IMG/VR virus record: IMGVR_UViG_3300032373_000012
Location: 1-53,939 of that record
Reading direction: 5' to 3' (one strand)
DNA length: 53,939 bases
Origin: a virus
Taxonomy: Duplodnaviria > Caudoviricetes
Positions 44,623-53,939 of this stretch are shown here, one piece after another. Positions within the stretch are counted from its first letter, which is position 1. The number at the start of each line of letters is the position of its first letter. The position numbers were made by a program, and so were the translations under genes. The notes under the pieces are model-generated. The model was not told where the DNA came from, did no database searches, and worked only from the letters and a program-made list of their open reading frames with translations.

Positions 44623-46148
44623 TGGCTAAAAATTTTACATTAATAGATCAGACAGCACTTTATGATCAAAAAGTCTTTATTCTTGTTGTAGACGGATTGC
44701 CTGGTGTAACACAGACGGGTATTGTGCGCAATTACCTCGGTGTTGATGATGCACCTGTCACCTTTACAACCAACACAGGCAGTCAGCTACCAATAAGTTC
44801 TTTCAGTTCAGGCGATGCTATTGTTGTTCAATACAACGAAACAGACGCACGTTACGAATTAGTCGATATGCGAGCGAGTACCGCGGTAGAGAGTAAAGTT
44901 GTAACCAACGGCGGTGCTGTAGCAGGATACACCGCAGAAAATAGTGGGGATATTCTCGGAAACTTAGAGCCTTACGAAATACCTACCGGTATGCGCGTCG
45001 GTTATGGCGGCAACGGTAGTTCAGGTGTTGTTGATATTCAGAAAGAACTGCGTTTTGGGGATGGTTTATTTCTACAAAAAAGAGAAACAGTAGAGGGTGG
45101 CTCCCCTACGAACACAAATATCATTTCAGAGGGGCGTGACGCTCCAGAAGACGTTAGTTTTCAATTAGGCACAGGTTACGACACCGCTTACGTGGCGTCA
45201 GGTCTATTTAATACCGTTTTAGCTAATATTGCTTACGCAACTGCTTACTCAGAGCAAATAGCTTTTGTGGACACTGCTTGTGCTTTTAACGGTGAGGATT
45301 CTATCATAACACCGACCGTAGAGCCGCCCTCTTGGACAGATGGCGATAGTTTTCTTTTCGATATAGGCGATGACGACGGTGACACCTTATTGGTCAAATT
45401 GCTACGCGGCGAAGTTTTTGATGATGGAGGGACCTTACGGTTAAGGGCAGTCGGCGTTAATGTCACAACTCTTTTTGTTAACACAAATAACATAATTGCG
45501 ATTCTCTACCCTCCTGGAGATAATTCGTTTGTGATTGGAAACAACACTAGACGCCCTGCTGATGACGAGATAGTTCTTGGGTCTTTTAAGTCTGGGGTGC
45601 ACCTTACTGATGGCTTCATAACAGGCTACGGCACAATCCACACAGACTACGATATTCATTCTCGCGCAGGTGCGTTTTTTAGAGGTGCTGTACTGGCTAA
45701 CGAAGGTTTTTCTTACGATACGACGTTCGACTTTGAGCACGTTCATCTAAACTCTACAGAATTTGATTTAAAACACGGTACGCAGATAACACTGGACACG
45801 CCTGATGTGGTTGTGACAGGCACAGTCGATGGAAGAGACATTGCTGCTGATGGTGCTCTTTTAGATGGACTTGTGCTAAAACCTTACGCTAGTTACTCGG
45901 CTGATCATATAATCACAACTGGGCAATACACTGTGGATTTAACTTCAGGGTCGCATACATTCTCGCTACCAGATGAAGCCGATGTCTCCGTGAACGAACG
46001 CTTTGAGGTGATAAACAGTGGCGCAGGTACGTTGACTGTGGATAGCGACAGTGCTGCGAATATCAACGGTGCTGCTACCGACACATTAAACCAATACCAT
46101 GTCAGGGTATACGCCTGGAACGGTACTGAATGGAGAATAACCTCATGA
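44622..46148 (+). CDS. Putative virion structural / fibre protein
   Basis: Acidic, Gly/Thr-rich; VTGTVDGRDIAADG; TFSLP..INSGAGTLTV..INGA C-terminal domain. Confidence 0.65.
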   Translation: MAKNFTLIDQTALYDQKVFILVVDGLPGVTQTGIVRNYLGVDDAPVTFTTNTGSQLPISSFSSGDAIVVQYNETDARYELVDMRASTAVESKVVTNGGAVAGYTAENSGDILGNLEPYEIPTGMRVGYGGNGSSGVVDIQKELRFGDGLFLQKRETVEGGSPTNTNIISEGRDAPEDVSFQLGTGYDTAYVASGLFNTVLANIAYATAYSEQIAFVDTACAFNGEDSIITPTVEPPSWTDGDSFLFDIGDDDGDTLLVKLLRGEVFDDGGTLRLRAVGVNVTTLFVNTNNIIAILYPPGDNSFVIGNNTRRPADDEIVLGSFKSGVHLTDGFITGYGTIHTDYDIHSRAGAFFRGAVLANEGFSYDTTFDFEHVHLNSTEFDLKHGTQITLDTPDVVVTGTVDGRDIAADGALLDGLVLKPYASYSADHIITTGQYTVDLTSGSHTFSLPDEADVSVNERFEVINSGAGTLTVDSDSAANINGAATDTLNQYHVRVYAWNGTEWRITS

Positions 46149-46711
46149 GTCACACACCTATAAGAGAGGGGTATGAAGATTTAAAGCCGACAGGAGAATT
46201 TCCTGCGGGTGGACCCAACAGCCCTACCCTAACAGTATTTAGAGGCGACTACGATTTATTTGCTTTTGATGGTGGGGGAACAAACGATAGAGCTACATTC
46301 AAATTTCATTTACCTCATGATTATGTAGAAGACTCTGCCATTTATGTACACGTACATTGGGCTTTAAACACAGTGAGTCCAACAGGGAATGTAAAATGGA
46401 AGGCTACAATGAGTTACGCCCAAGGCTACGAAAACGGAGCGTTCAGCACAGACCATGTTGAATTGCTACCAGATGCTACAGTCAACAGTACTCAATACGC
46501 GCACCACATAACAGAAAGCGGCGCTATCACTTCTGCTGACTTAGGGTCAACACTAATGATTGATGGTGTTATTATTCTTTCTTTAGAAAGAGACACCACT
46601 GACACTAACGTAGATGATGTGTTTTTTATCGAGTGCGATATTCACTACTTGAGCGATGGAAGAAAAACAGTAAATAAAAACGATACTGGTTCTGGTTTTG
46701 AGAAAGTATAA
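46145..46711 (+). CDS. Putative virion structural protein
   Basis: FHLPHDY..IYVHVHW..GNVKW, DIHY; GGAG SD before ATG 46145. Confidence 0.6.
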   Translation: MSHTPIREGYEDLKPTGEFPAGGPNSPTLTVFRGDYDLFAFDGGGTNDRATFKFHLPHDYVEDSAIYVHVHWALNTVSPTGNVKWKATMSYAQGYENGAFSTDHVELLPDATVNSTQYAHHITESGAITSADLGSTLMIDGVIILSLERDTTDTNVDDVFFIECDIHYLSDGRKTVNKNDTGSGFEKV

Positions 46712-47256
46712 TGACACTTATAAATGACCTTATCGCAGAGCTACTTCCGCAAGAAGGAGAATACAGTGATCACCCTTCAGACGCAGGCGGTAAAACAAAA
46801 TTTGGAATAACCCAAAGAACTGCTAGAAAGTACGCTTACCACGGACGTATGCAGGATATGGGGTTGGACCAAGCAAAGTACATCTACTCGGTAGAATACT
46901 GGAAAAGACCTAAGTTCGACGAAGTTGCTGAACTATCAGAGAAAATCGCTGCTAAATTGTTCAACGCAGGTGTGAACATAAGTCCAGGAAGGGTATCGGT
47001 CTATCTACAAAAAGTATTGAATGCTTTTAATATGCAGCAACGAATGTTCGCTGATTTGGAGACAGACGGCGCTATCGGTGAAGTAACATTAGACGCTTTG
47101 AAGAAGTACCTGGCCTTTAGAAAAGATAGAGGTGAGGACGTAATGGTTAAAGCCATAAATTGTCTTCAAGGTGAGTACTACCTTTTTATTAGCCAACGGC
47201 ACAAAGCCAACGAGGACTTTGTTTACGGGTGGATTGCCCAGAGGATACACTTATGA
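46711..47256 (+). CDS. Endolysin, glycoside hydrolase family 108 with PG-binding domain
   Basis: EGEYSDHPSDAGGKTKFGIT, YW, LQKVLN, DGAIG, FVYGWIAQR. Confidence 0.93.
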   Translation: MTLINDLIAELLPQEGEYSDHPSDAGGKTKFGITQRTARKYAYHGRMQDMGLDQAKYIYSVEYWKRPKFDEVAELSEKIAAKLFNAGVNISPGRVSVYLQKVLNAFNMQQRMFADLETDGAIGEVTLDALKKYLAFRKDRGEDVMVKAINCLQGEYYLFISQRHKANEDFVYGWIAQRIHL

Positions 47257-47690
47257 TATGGTTAGGTATAATCAAAACCTTCTTTTTTTCGTCATTAAAA
47301 AAACTAGCAAGCCCTATGGGTATACTATCTATCGTGTTGACCGCTGTGTTGACCTATGGTGTCTGGGCAGCTAAAGATTATCTTACCGGCTTAAAAACTT
47401 CAGTAACTGATCTAACAGAGCTAACTACTACGCTGTCTGCTCAAAATAAAATGCTTATTACTGTGAGTAAAGAAAATGCAATAGAAGTCGCCGCTTTTAA
47501 AAAAAACGTAGAATTAAGCGACAACATAACAGAAGAACTGATAGAGAAAGTGGAGAGCATACAAAATGTCAAAATCACAGAAAAAACAATCATACAAGCT
47601 GCAAAAAGCAATTGTCTCGACGAGCCTTATCCTGACACTATTATCCACAGTGGGGTGCTTCGGTGGGAACAAGAAACCCCCGATACCTGA
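47253..47690 (+). CDS. i-spanin (Rz-like)
   Basis: N-terminal TM, coiled coil, C-terminal CLDEPYP. Confidence 0.75.
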   Translation: MIWLGIIKTFFFSSLKKLASPMGILSIVLTAVLTYGVWAAKDYLTGLKTSVTDLTELTTTLSAQNKMLITVSKENAIEVAAFKKNVELSDNITEELIEKVESIQNVKITEKTIIQAAKSNCLDEPYPDTIIHSGVLRWEQETPDT

Positions 47691-47892
47691 AATAGTAATA
47701 AAAGAAAATACCGTTTACGTCTACCCTAAAGATGCTTGGTTGCGCCCAATACCTATCATGCTACAAGCTAGATGCAACTCTCCCCGTTGTGGCTTAGAGC
47801 TGCAAAGTTCGTGGAAGTCTTCATTGAAGCAGTGCGTTAATCAACTAGACGCTATTCGTGATTGGAAGGCTGAGTCGCAAGAAAAGCAATAG
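47566..47892 (+). CDS. o-spanin (Rz1-like lipoprotein)
   Basis: Overlaps i-spanin in another frame; lipobox TVGC, Pro-rich, C..QLDAIRDW. Confidence 0.8.
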   Translation: MSKSQKKQSYKLQKAIVSTSLILTLLSTVGCFGGNKKPPIPEIVIKENTVYVYPKDAWLRPIPIMLQARCNSPRCGLELQSSWKSSLKQCVNQLDAIRDWKAESQEKQ

Positions 47893-47907
47893 TGCCTGCC
47901 TCACTTT

Positions 47908-49899
47908 TTACGCCACTATATCCTCTACATGGCCCCAATCAGGGCCTATTTCGCCGTCAACTATGACAGGCACGTTTAATGGTATGCACGTTTCCATGAT
48001 ATGTTTCATTTCGACGAAAGCCTGATCTCTACCGCCTGGGTCAGAGAAATTCAATTCATCATGCACTGTTAGTCGCGGTATTCCTGTTTCCGCAAATACG
48101 CCGTCCTTGTAGCATTTAAGCATACCCATCTTCATCATATCCGCAGCAGAACCTTGAAGTAATCTGTTCACTGCTTTGTGGGTATGTGCCCGTTGTATAT
48201 TACTGCCCCACTTTCTGATAGCATGTTCTAGTTTTAAAGGGTACTCTTCAGGATGGTAGCCTGCTTGTTGCCACATCTCAAATCTCGATACACGTCCCAT
48301 TATTGTGGTTATCTTACCTGTCTCTGCGGCCACATCGGTGTATTCGTCCATTGTGGCTTTAGCAAAAGGAACACCTAAGTGGTACGCCTCAAATAATTGA
48401 CCTGCATCAAACTTGCTCAACCCTAAAGTCTTAGCTAATTTGTCTTTACCCATACCGTACAATAATCCGAAGTTAATAGTTTTAGCAGGTTTCCTGTCTA
48501 ATGTCCTGCCTGCCTCTTGTCTTATCAGATCGATGACGGCTTGGTGGTAGTCAGTTTTAGGGTCGTCTGTAAACTTTTGTCGGATAGTGTTCGATCCTTC
48601 ACCAACTGCGAAATGAGCTAAAAACCTGTATTCAATTTGAGAGTAATCGTATTTTCTCCAATACCTGTGACCTTGATCAGGTATAAACAAGCCGCGTATC
48701 TTTGGTGCCCATACTTTATCCCTTGAAGGAATATTTTGCAGGTTTGGTCCTGAACTGGAAAAACGGCCACTTCGAGTACCACCACCGTCACTACGTAACT
48801 GGTGAAACTGTCCGTAAAGCTTTCCGTTTATGTGCGAATCCAGAACATAACCTTTTATGAAAGTATTATTGAACTTATCAAGTTTCCGTATATCCACAAT
48901 AAGTTGGGCGACAGGGTGTTCGACAGTTTTTAGAAAATCTCCTGTGAAACTGGGTTGGCCATTAGGGAAAGAATCCGAAGGTTCTGTATAAGGATATTTA
49001 AGGCCCTCTGCATCAAATATTTGCTGTAGACTCGCAGAAGCGTTGACGTTAGTAGCAAAACCTACCATCTTGTCTAATTGCGCTGTCATTGTGGCTACAT
49101 TGTTATTAAAGGTGTCGTGCAACTCTTCTGCTTTATTTGTATCTACTGATACCCCCTCAAAACGCATATCTAGCATCAAAGGTATCAGTTCTGTTTCCAT
49201 CATGAAAACGTCCCAAAGACCTTGTTCCACTAATAAAGGGTACTGCTTCTCAAAAATACGTAGAGGTAAGTCAACGTCCGACTCAGCGTAGTAGCCTGTC
49301 AGACTTGCAGGTGTTCTGTATATATTTTTACGTTGAGCACCGTTAACTGCCCCGCCGTAGAAATCGGCACACCACCTATAAAGTTCGTCTGAGACTTTTC
49401 CTTCGTTGCAGTATTTCTTACCTAGCACCTCTAAGGCAACTTTTGAGGTTTCGTCGAGTAAAGCCTCTGCGTACTGCACGTCGTAAGCTAGACCTCTGAC
49501 GCTAACACCTTCGTGCCTTAACCAACCCAAGTCATAAGTAATATTGGCGCCTACTTTAGGTTGATGCGGGTTACACAGTTGGTCGTTCAACCACCTTAAA
49601 ACCGCTGTGGGGTCTAAGTTTTTTTCTGGGAAAATTTCATGCCTGATAGGAAAATAGCCTCGGTAGCCGTCAGTAGTGCCCACAGATATACCAACGATGT
49701 GGCCAACGCCTCGTGCCCAACCTGGTCCTTTGGTTAGTAAATCTGGATCGTACGTCTCTACATCGATAGCAATAGCGCCTGCACCACTTAAATCGGGGAA
49801 ATGGGTGGGGCATTGCCAACCTGTGTCAGGTATAGGTGGCATAGGTCTGAGTTTTTTCTTGCTCTCAAAAGCTGTCTGTTCCCAAAATAATCCACTCAT
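47908..49899 (-). CDS. Family A DNA polymerase with 3'-5' exonuclease
   Basis: DVETYD, GRFSSSGPNLQNIP, DYSQIEYR, AKTINFGLLYGMG, QGSAAD, TVHDEL. Confidence 0.97.
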   Translation of the reverse strand: MSGLFWEQTAFESKKKLRPMPPIPDTGWQCPTHFPDLSGAGAIAIDVETYDPDLLTKGPGWARGVGHIVGISVGTTDGYRGYFPIRHEIFPEKNLDPTAVLRWLNDQLCNPHQPKVGANITYDLGWLRHEGVSVRGLAYDVQYAEALLDETSKVALEVLGKKYCNEGKVSDELYRWCADFYGGAVNGAQRKNIYRTPASLTGYYAESDVDLPLRIFEKQYPLLVEQGLWDVFMMETELIPLMLDMRFEGVSVDTNKAEELHDTFNNNVATMTAQLDKMVGFATNVNASASLQQIFDAEGLKYPYTEPSDSFPNGQPSFTGDFLKTVEHPVAQLIVDIRKLDKFNNTFIKGYVLDSHINGKLYGQFHQLRSDGGGTRSGRFSSSGPNLQNIPSRDKVWAPKIRGLFIPDQGHRYWRKYDYSQIEYRFLAHFAVGEGSNTIRQKFTDDPKTDYHQAVIDLIRQEAGRTLDRKPAKTINFGLLYGMGKDKLAKTLGLSKFDAGQLFEAYHLGVPFAKATMDEYTDVAAETGKITTIMGRVSRFEMWQQAGYHPEEYPLKLEHAIRKWGSNIQRAHTHKAVNRLLQGSAADMMKMGMLKCYKDGVFAETGIPRLTVHDELNFSDPGGRDQAFVEMKHIMETCIPLNVPVIVDGEIGPDWGHVEDIVA

Positions 49900-50165
49900 A
49901 GTTTGATTGTGCCCTCTATTTCTACGTACTCGATTGGTCGGGACAGCCTAATGGTGGGCGTATCCACTAACTTACCTTCACACGCCTGTTGCAGGGCTTT
50001 CTTTATTTGATTTATTTGTTTATCTTGAGGTGAGTCTTCCTCAAAAGCGCAGTACCACGGTCCTGAATCCGCTTCTGCCCCGTCAGGTGCGTCTGTGTAC
50101 TCACAGTGAAGTGGGGAGGTATAAGCATCTCCAATCATGTCGCCGTTACATTTAATACACTTCAT
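49896..50165 (-). CDS. Hypothetical Cys-containing protein
   Basis: MKCIKCNGDMIGD..PLHC..EADSGPWYC. Confidence 0.65.
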   Translation of the reverse strand: MKCIKCNGDMIGDAYTSPLHCEYTDAPDGAEADSGPWYCAFEEDSPQDKQINQIKKALQQACEGKLVDTPTIRLSRPIEYVEIEGTIKL

Positions 50166-50461
50166 TATCGACCCCACCTGTTTCTACCGTATTCGGCTTT
50201 TCTGTAAAAAGGTTGTTTTTTCGGTTGTGGTTTAGCGTATTTAGGTGGTTCTGCCATTTTACGTAATTTACGTATAAACTTATTGGTGAACGCAGGTGAT
50301 TCAATAGGTAAACTTATTTTTCCGTCTAACATAAAGTTATCAGAAACAAAGTCCCCAAAGTCAGGAATTTCCTCTTTTCTAGTAGCTTCCTGTACCCGAA
50401 AATCAAACACGGGTATCTCTTTGCCATCCACATACAATTTTACGTCTTTGGTTTCCATCAC
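50165..50461 (-). CDS. Hypothetical protein
   Basis: Coupled ORF. Confidence 0.6.
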   Translation of the reverse strand: MMETKDVKLYVDGKEIPVFDFRVQEATRKEEIPDFGDFVSDNFMLDGKISLPIESPAFTNKFIRKLRKMAEPPKYAKPQPKKQPFYRKAEYGRNRWGR

Positions 50462-50670
50462 TCTTCGCCCGTTTCAGTACCGCATTTGTCTGCTGACACG
50501 TCATCGTACCGATGATACTTGCCGCAAAAGGCACACCTGTAATCAACAACTTTTCCAACTTCTTTGTCACGTTGTTTCTCATAGTATTGCAGCAGGTAGT
50601 ACCCTGCACCAAAACTGCACACAACGGCTAACCCGATTACTGCAAAAATATAAATAATTATCTCTATCAT
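50458..50670 (-). CDS. Small membrane protein with CxxC
   Basis: N-terminal TM; CAFCGK; AGGAG SD. Confidence 0.6.
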   Translation of the reverse strand: MIEIIIYIFAVIGLAVVCSFGAGYYLLQYYEKQRDKEVGKVVDYRCAFCGKYHRYDDVSADKCGTETGEE

Positions 50671-51596
50671 GTTATTCTCCTAGTTATCGCCCCTCTAAGG
50701 GCTTTGCCGTAAAAAATACTAGTGTTGCCAGTACCGCTTAAATCTATTGTTGTGGCTACTGCTAACACAGCATTCAAAGATTCACCACTAAACGTCTGGT
50801 TACTGTAATTACCTGACGGTAATTCATAAGTCATAGTTCCGTCAGAAATACTAATGTCCTTTAATTCGAGTAACGTATTTTTTGCTTTCAAATTAGCTGC
50901 TGCTTCTTTTAGTGCAGGATCAATTTCTGCCTGTACTGACTCGACATTCAGCATAGCCTCAGTATCGAACCACTCTGCTTGTATAAGACTAGTGCTCAAC
51001 CACTTATCACCCTCGAACAGAAAAGTTATTCTATACCCTGAAACTAGAATTTTCTGAACTTCTAGTTTTAAGTCAATCAAACACTTTACTGTGGGAACCG
51101 GTATATTCGCTTTGAAAGGCAAAGCCTGTGACAACCATTTCTCTACCACCACAATATTATTAGTCGCTTTGGCTGACTGCCCGTTGATCAGTACACCGCT
51201 TGCCCATAAATGCGCATTATCTTCTTGAGAGAAGGCTTTTAAATCAGCCAGTTCTTCACCTAAGTTCAAACTAACATCAAATGATTGACCTTCAGGCACT
51301 ATCCTTGGAAAAATACTTGTGCTACAATTAATATTGGCACTGAACTTACCCGACTTTATTTTCAGTTTTCCTGAAGCGAGGATGCTCATTGTTGTAGTTT
51401 CCTCGCACCTTTCCATTGCTTTCATAAAATCAACGCCTACAGGCACTACTTCATCATTCATAGCTATTGGTGCAGACATGGCAAAAATACCATTATTGGT
51501 CTGCACTCTGCCGTCTTTAATCGATATAAACTTGTAAATGTCTACAGGACTATTCGGGGCTAAACCTTTTTTTACGAAATCAATTGAATTTTTCAT
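50667..51596 (-). CDS. DNA sliding clamp (beta-subunit)-like protein
   Basis: 309 aa; I.DG.V..NG, LKIKSGKFSA.I, GVLI..ATN, IP, WLST.LI..W; near polymerase. Confidence 0.7.
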   Translation of the reverse strand: MKNSIDFVKKGLAPNSPVDIYKFISIKDGRVQTNNGIFAMSAPIAMNDEVVPVGVDFMKAMERCEETTTMSILASGKLKIKSGKFSANINCSTSIFPRIVPEGQSFDVSLNLGEELADLKAFSQEDNAHLWASGVLINGQSAKATNNIVVVEKWLSQALPFKANIPVPTVKCLIDLKLEVQKILVSGYRITFLFEGDKWLSTSLIQAEWFDTEAMLNVESVQAEIDPALKEAAANLKAKNTLLELKDISISDGTMTYELPSGNYSNQTFSGESLNAVLAVATTIDLSGTGNTSIFYGKALRGAITRRIT

Positions 51597-51807
51597 TAAC
51601 TAACTCAAGTATCACATTTAACGCATGAGCATCACTAGCTTTCTTGTTACCGTTACTCATGTTAAAATAGTCAGGGAGAGGTACACAGAAATCCCCGTCT
51701 GATCGACCAAAACTGTCATAGATTTTTTCGTCTCTCTTGCCGTCGATGTACATCGCATCACATCGGCTAAAAACTAAGCAGTTCTGGTTTTTGTCGTAGG
51801 TTATCAT
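51580..51807 (-). CDS. Hypothetical protein
   Basis: AGGAG SD. Confidence 0.6.
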   Translation of the reverse strand: MITYDKNQNCLVFSRCDAMYIDGKRDEKIYDSFGRSDGDFCVPLPDYFNMSNGNKKASDAHALNVILELVNEKFN

Positions 51808-51944
51808 CTGATTCTCCTGCGTAAGTGAAGTACTCTCTGCTTACGCTTAACGTAGCTGTATTTAGGTGCGGTGACACCGTAAAACCTACACAACGCTGTC
51901 ACCAATTTTGCTTCTGTCTTATCTGTAACCCTAAGAGTTAGCAT
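51804..51944 (-). CDS. Possible 46-aa basic protein
   Basis: Not in track; MLTLRVTDK..HLRRRIR fills the gap, ATGA-coupled. Confidence 0.4.
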   Translation of the reverse strand: MLTLRVTDKTEAKLVTALCRFYGVTAPKYSYVKRKQRVLHLRRRIR

Positions 51945-52890
51945 CTAAAAACTCACGTACTGCTTCTGGGTTGTTCTTGACTAAATCCAGTATAACTATA
52001 GCTACATCTGACAAGTTCTGCGTAGTGTACACTTGAATAGCACCTGTGGCTAGAGCGTGGTTAACTGCTGTCTTGAACGCGGCTTCATGCGCTATCTGCT
52101 CCACAGGTAAGTTTGGTTCATCCGGCACGACAACCCCTCTTGTCCTTAAAGTGTGTGGTGCTTCAGTGACGATAGGGTGCTCTGGCACAACTTCTTTCGA
52201 TGGTTGGATGCCCCAACCATTAGGCGGTGCTTCAACGTCAGGTACTTGCTCGACATATTCTTCAGTAGCAGGACTTTTTTGCCAGGCACGTAAATTCTCT
52301 TCTGGTATCACAGGTGCAGGGGCGGCAGCGAAACTAGGTGCAGGTGTTTCGGCTTCCAGTTCTTCTACGTTGAAACTTGTGTCAGGTTCTGGTTGCAATG
52401 GTGCGCTAGTCACCTCGCCTGTTTCTGCGTCTTTGCTTACAGTGAATGATTCTCCTGTCTGAGGTGCGAAAGTAGGCGCAGGTGCGGCTTCTCCGTCCCC
52501 TGTTGTTTCCTCGAACACAGGCGCCTCTTCTACCGGCGCTGCTTGTACAACAACTTCATCGGCACCATAGAACTTTCTCCATTGAGAATGGTTCCTTTTA
52601 GCAGTTGCTTCTCTTATGCCTTCGTCCACACAACACTGTATTACGGTTTCTCTGTTAGGCGGGGCTTGCTCAATACCTGCACAATAACTGGATATTTGCC
52701 AAACTCGTAAAGCATCACTCTTTCTTGTGGGCATAGTTACACCGTTCTGTACGACTTTCTCCTTTTTCTTCTTCTTAGAAGCAGGATTGCGTTCAGCCAT
52801 TCTGCCTTCAATTGCTTTTTTGCAGTTAGCGTCTTTGTTCTCATAGCCAGTGGTATCCACTGTCATGTCTTTTACTTTTTTTTCTGTCAT
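51931..52890 (-). CDS. Hypothetical protein: basic HTH-like N-domain plus acidic Pro/Ala-rich disordered region
   Basis: NGVTMP..RVWQI..EGIREATA..WRKFYG followed by E/A/P-rich tract. Confidence 0.75.
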   Translation of the reverse strand: MTEKKVKDMTVDTTGYENKDANCKKAIEGRMAERNPASKKKKKEKVVQNGVTMPTRKSDALRVWQISSYCAGIEQAPPNRETVIQCCVDEGIREATAKRNHSQWRKFYGADEVVVQAAPVEEAPVFEETTGDGEAAPAPTFAPQTGESFTVSKDAETGEVTSAPLQPEPDTSFNVEELEAETPAPSFAAAPAPVIPEENLRAWQKSPATEEYVEQVPDVEAPPNGWGIQPSKEVVPEHPIVTEAPHTLRTRGVVVPDEPNLPVEQIAHEAAFKTAVNHALATGAIQVYTTQNLSDVAIVILDLVKNNPEAVREFLDANS

Positions 52891-52891
52891 G

Positions 52892-53939
52892 TTATTCTCC
52901 TGTATTAAAATAATGTTTCTGTATTGATGGGTATTTACCCGCCACGTCTACGTCTATACTGGTAGGTTGCGGTAAATTGTTTACATTTGCCAGTGCCACG
53001 TTAACGGTCTCTGGTATCGGTAAAAGTGTTCGGCATCTCCACCAAGTTCTAGCTTTAACCGCCGCAAAATTACCTAATGGGTGCTCTAAACAAATATACT
53101 CACTAAACACTCTTATTCCGCACTGGTACGATACTTTTAAAGAAGGTATCTTGTTTAACTTTTCGTGCCTCGAATAAACAACCGTGCCGACGTCAAATTT
53201 AATTATCTCTTTCTTCCCTGTGGCCACAATGTCTTTGTTGCTTGCCAATACGGTCAATTTGCTTTGTACTGGAAACTCATGCCCACAAGTTACACATACT
53301 TTTGCTCTGGCGTGGTTGTATGTTTGACACTGATCACATAGCCTAACGGGTGCTTCACCTGACCCTTTTTTCGCGCCTTTCTTTCTAGGTAGCACTGGGT
53401 CGTTAATCGGTCCAAGTCTGGCAGTGTTACCGCCGAAGTCCAAAACTAAACAATTTTCTTTGCCTGTACTCAACCGTGTGCCTCTGCTCAATATCTGTAC
53501 CCACAATGGGACTGACTTAGTTGGGCGCATTATTACGATCAAATCTAATTTAGGGAAGTCGTTACCTGTGGTCAGTACGCCATTATTAACAATGCAGGTC
53601 AAATCGCCGTCTTTAAAGTCGTTAATTATAGTATCTCTATCCTTACCTTGTTTTTTCATCTTAGAGTGGACGTAATCAGCTTTTATACCTAATCTTTGTA
53701 ACTCAGCGCATACGTGTTCTGTGTGCTCAATACCACTGGCGTAGACTAACCATTTTTTTCTATCAGAGGCATAAGCCGTCTCAACTGTTTCTTTGCAAAT
53801 AGCCTTAGTTAGTTCATCTGTGTCCACCGCAGCTTGTAGATGGGTCAACACATAGTCTTCGCCAGTAGACTTAACCCCTGACACGTCCATCGTCGTACTA
53901 GTGGCTTTAGGAACTAACATGCTCAAGTAGCCTTCGTCG
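52892..53939 (-). CDS. SF2 helicase, C-terminal part
   Basis: VLTTGNDFP, QILSRGTR, LVLDFGGN, CDQC..CVTC zinc finger. Confidence 0.93.
   Translation of the reverse strand, partial: DEGYLSMLVPKATSTTMDVSGVKSTGEDYVLTHLQAAVDTDELTKAICKETVETAYASDRKKWLVYASGIEHTEHVCAELQRLGIKADYVHSKMKKQGKDRDTIINDFKDGDLTCIVNNGVLTTGNDFPKLDLIVIMRPTKSVPLWVQILSRGTRLSTGKENCLVLDFGGNTARLGPINDPVLPRKKGAKKGSGEAPVRLCDQCQTYNHARAKVCVTCGHEFPVQSKLTVLASNKDIVATGKKEIIKFDVGTVVYSRHEKLNKIPSLKVSYQCGIRVFSEYICLEHPLGNFAAVKARTWWRCRTLLPIPETVNVALANVNNLPQPTSIDVDVAGKYPSIQKHYFNTGE
53266..53939. repeat. Terminal direct repeat, copy B
   Basis: Matches 1-674 without gaps. Confidence 0.97.

Noticed and set aside
47908-49899. DpoZ / modified-base genome
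   Set aside because: No purZ, datZ, mazZ or other base-modification genes recognised

Overview
The window is an essentially complete genome of a tailed dsDNA phage with a contractile tail, unit length about 53,265 bp. Bases 1-674 recur at 53266-53939 as a diverged copy (27 substitutions by my count), most likely an assembly bubble of two strains. Sigma70 promoters, IHF-consensus sites and an i-/o-spanin pair point to a Gram-negative, probably gammaproteobacterial host. No integrase was seen. Modules: (1) a leftward replication/recombination operon crossing the window ends (SSB-like, Sak4-like ATPase, Cas4-like exonuclease, RadD-like SF2 helicase, beta-clamp-like protein, family A DNA polymerase); (2) a divergent Cro-like HTH and primase-polymerase; (3) small early genes flanking a symmetric AT-rich repeat array at 14.4-15.1 kb; (4) an accessory/counter-defence segment at 16.2-20.8 kb; (5) terminase, head, tail, baseplate, fibre and lysis genes. 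The most interesting signals are two tRNA-shaped RNAs that keep the T arm and CCA but have destroyed anticodon loops; a promoter-sRNA-tRNA mimic-acb2 arrangement whose Acb2 has Cys at the Tyr11 position; a tiny secreted peptide with two FxDSFE motifs next to a secreted mini-zincin; the IHF/iteron array with a catalytically dead HNH gene; and an atypical baseplate spike. All family assignments come from motif recognition by eye and recall, not database searches.
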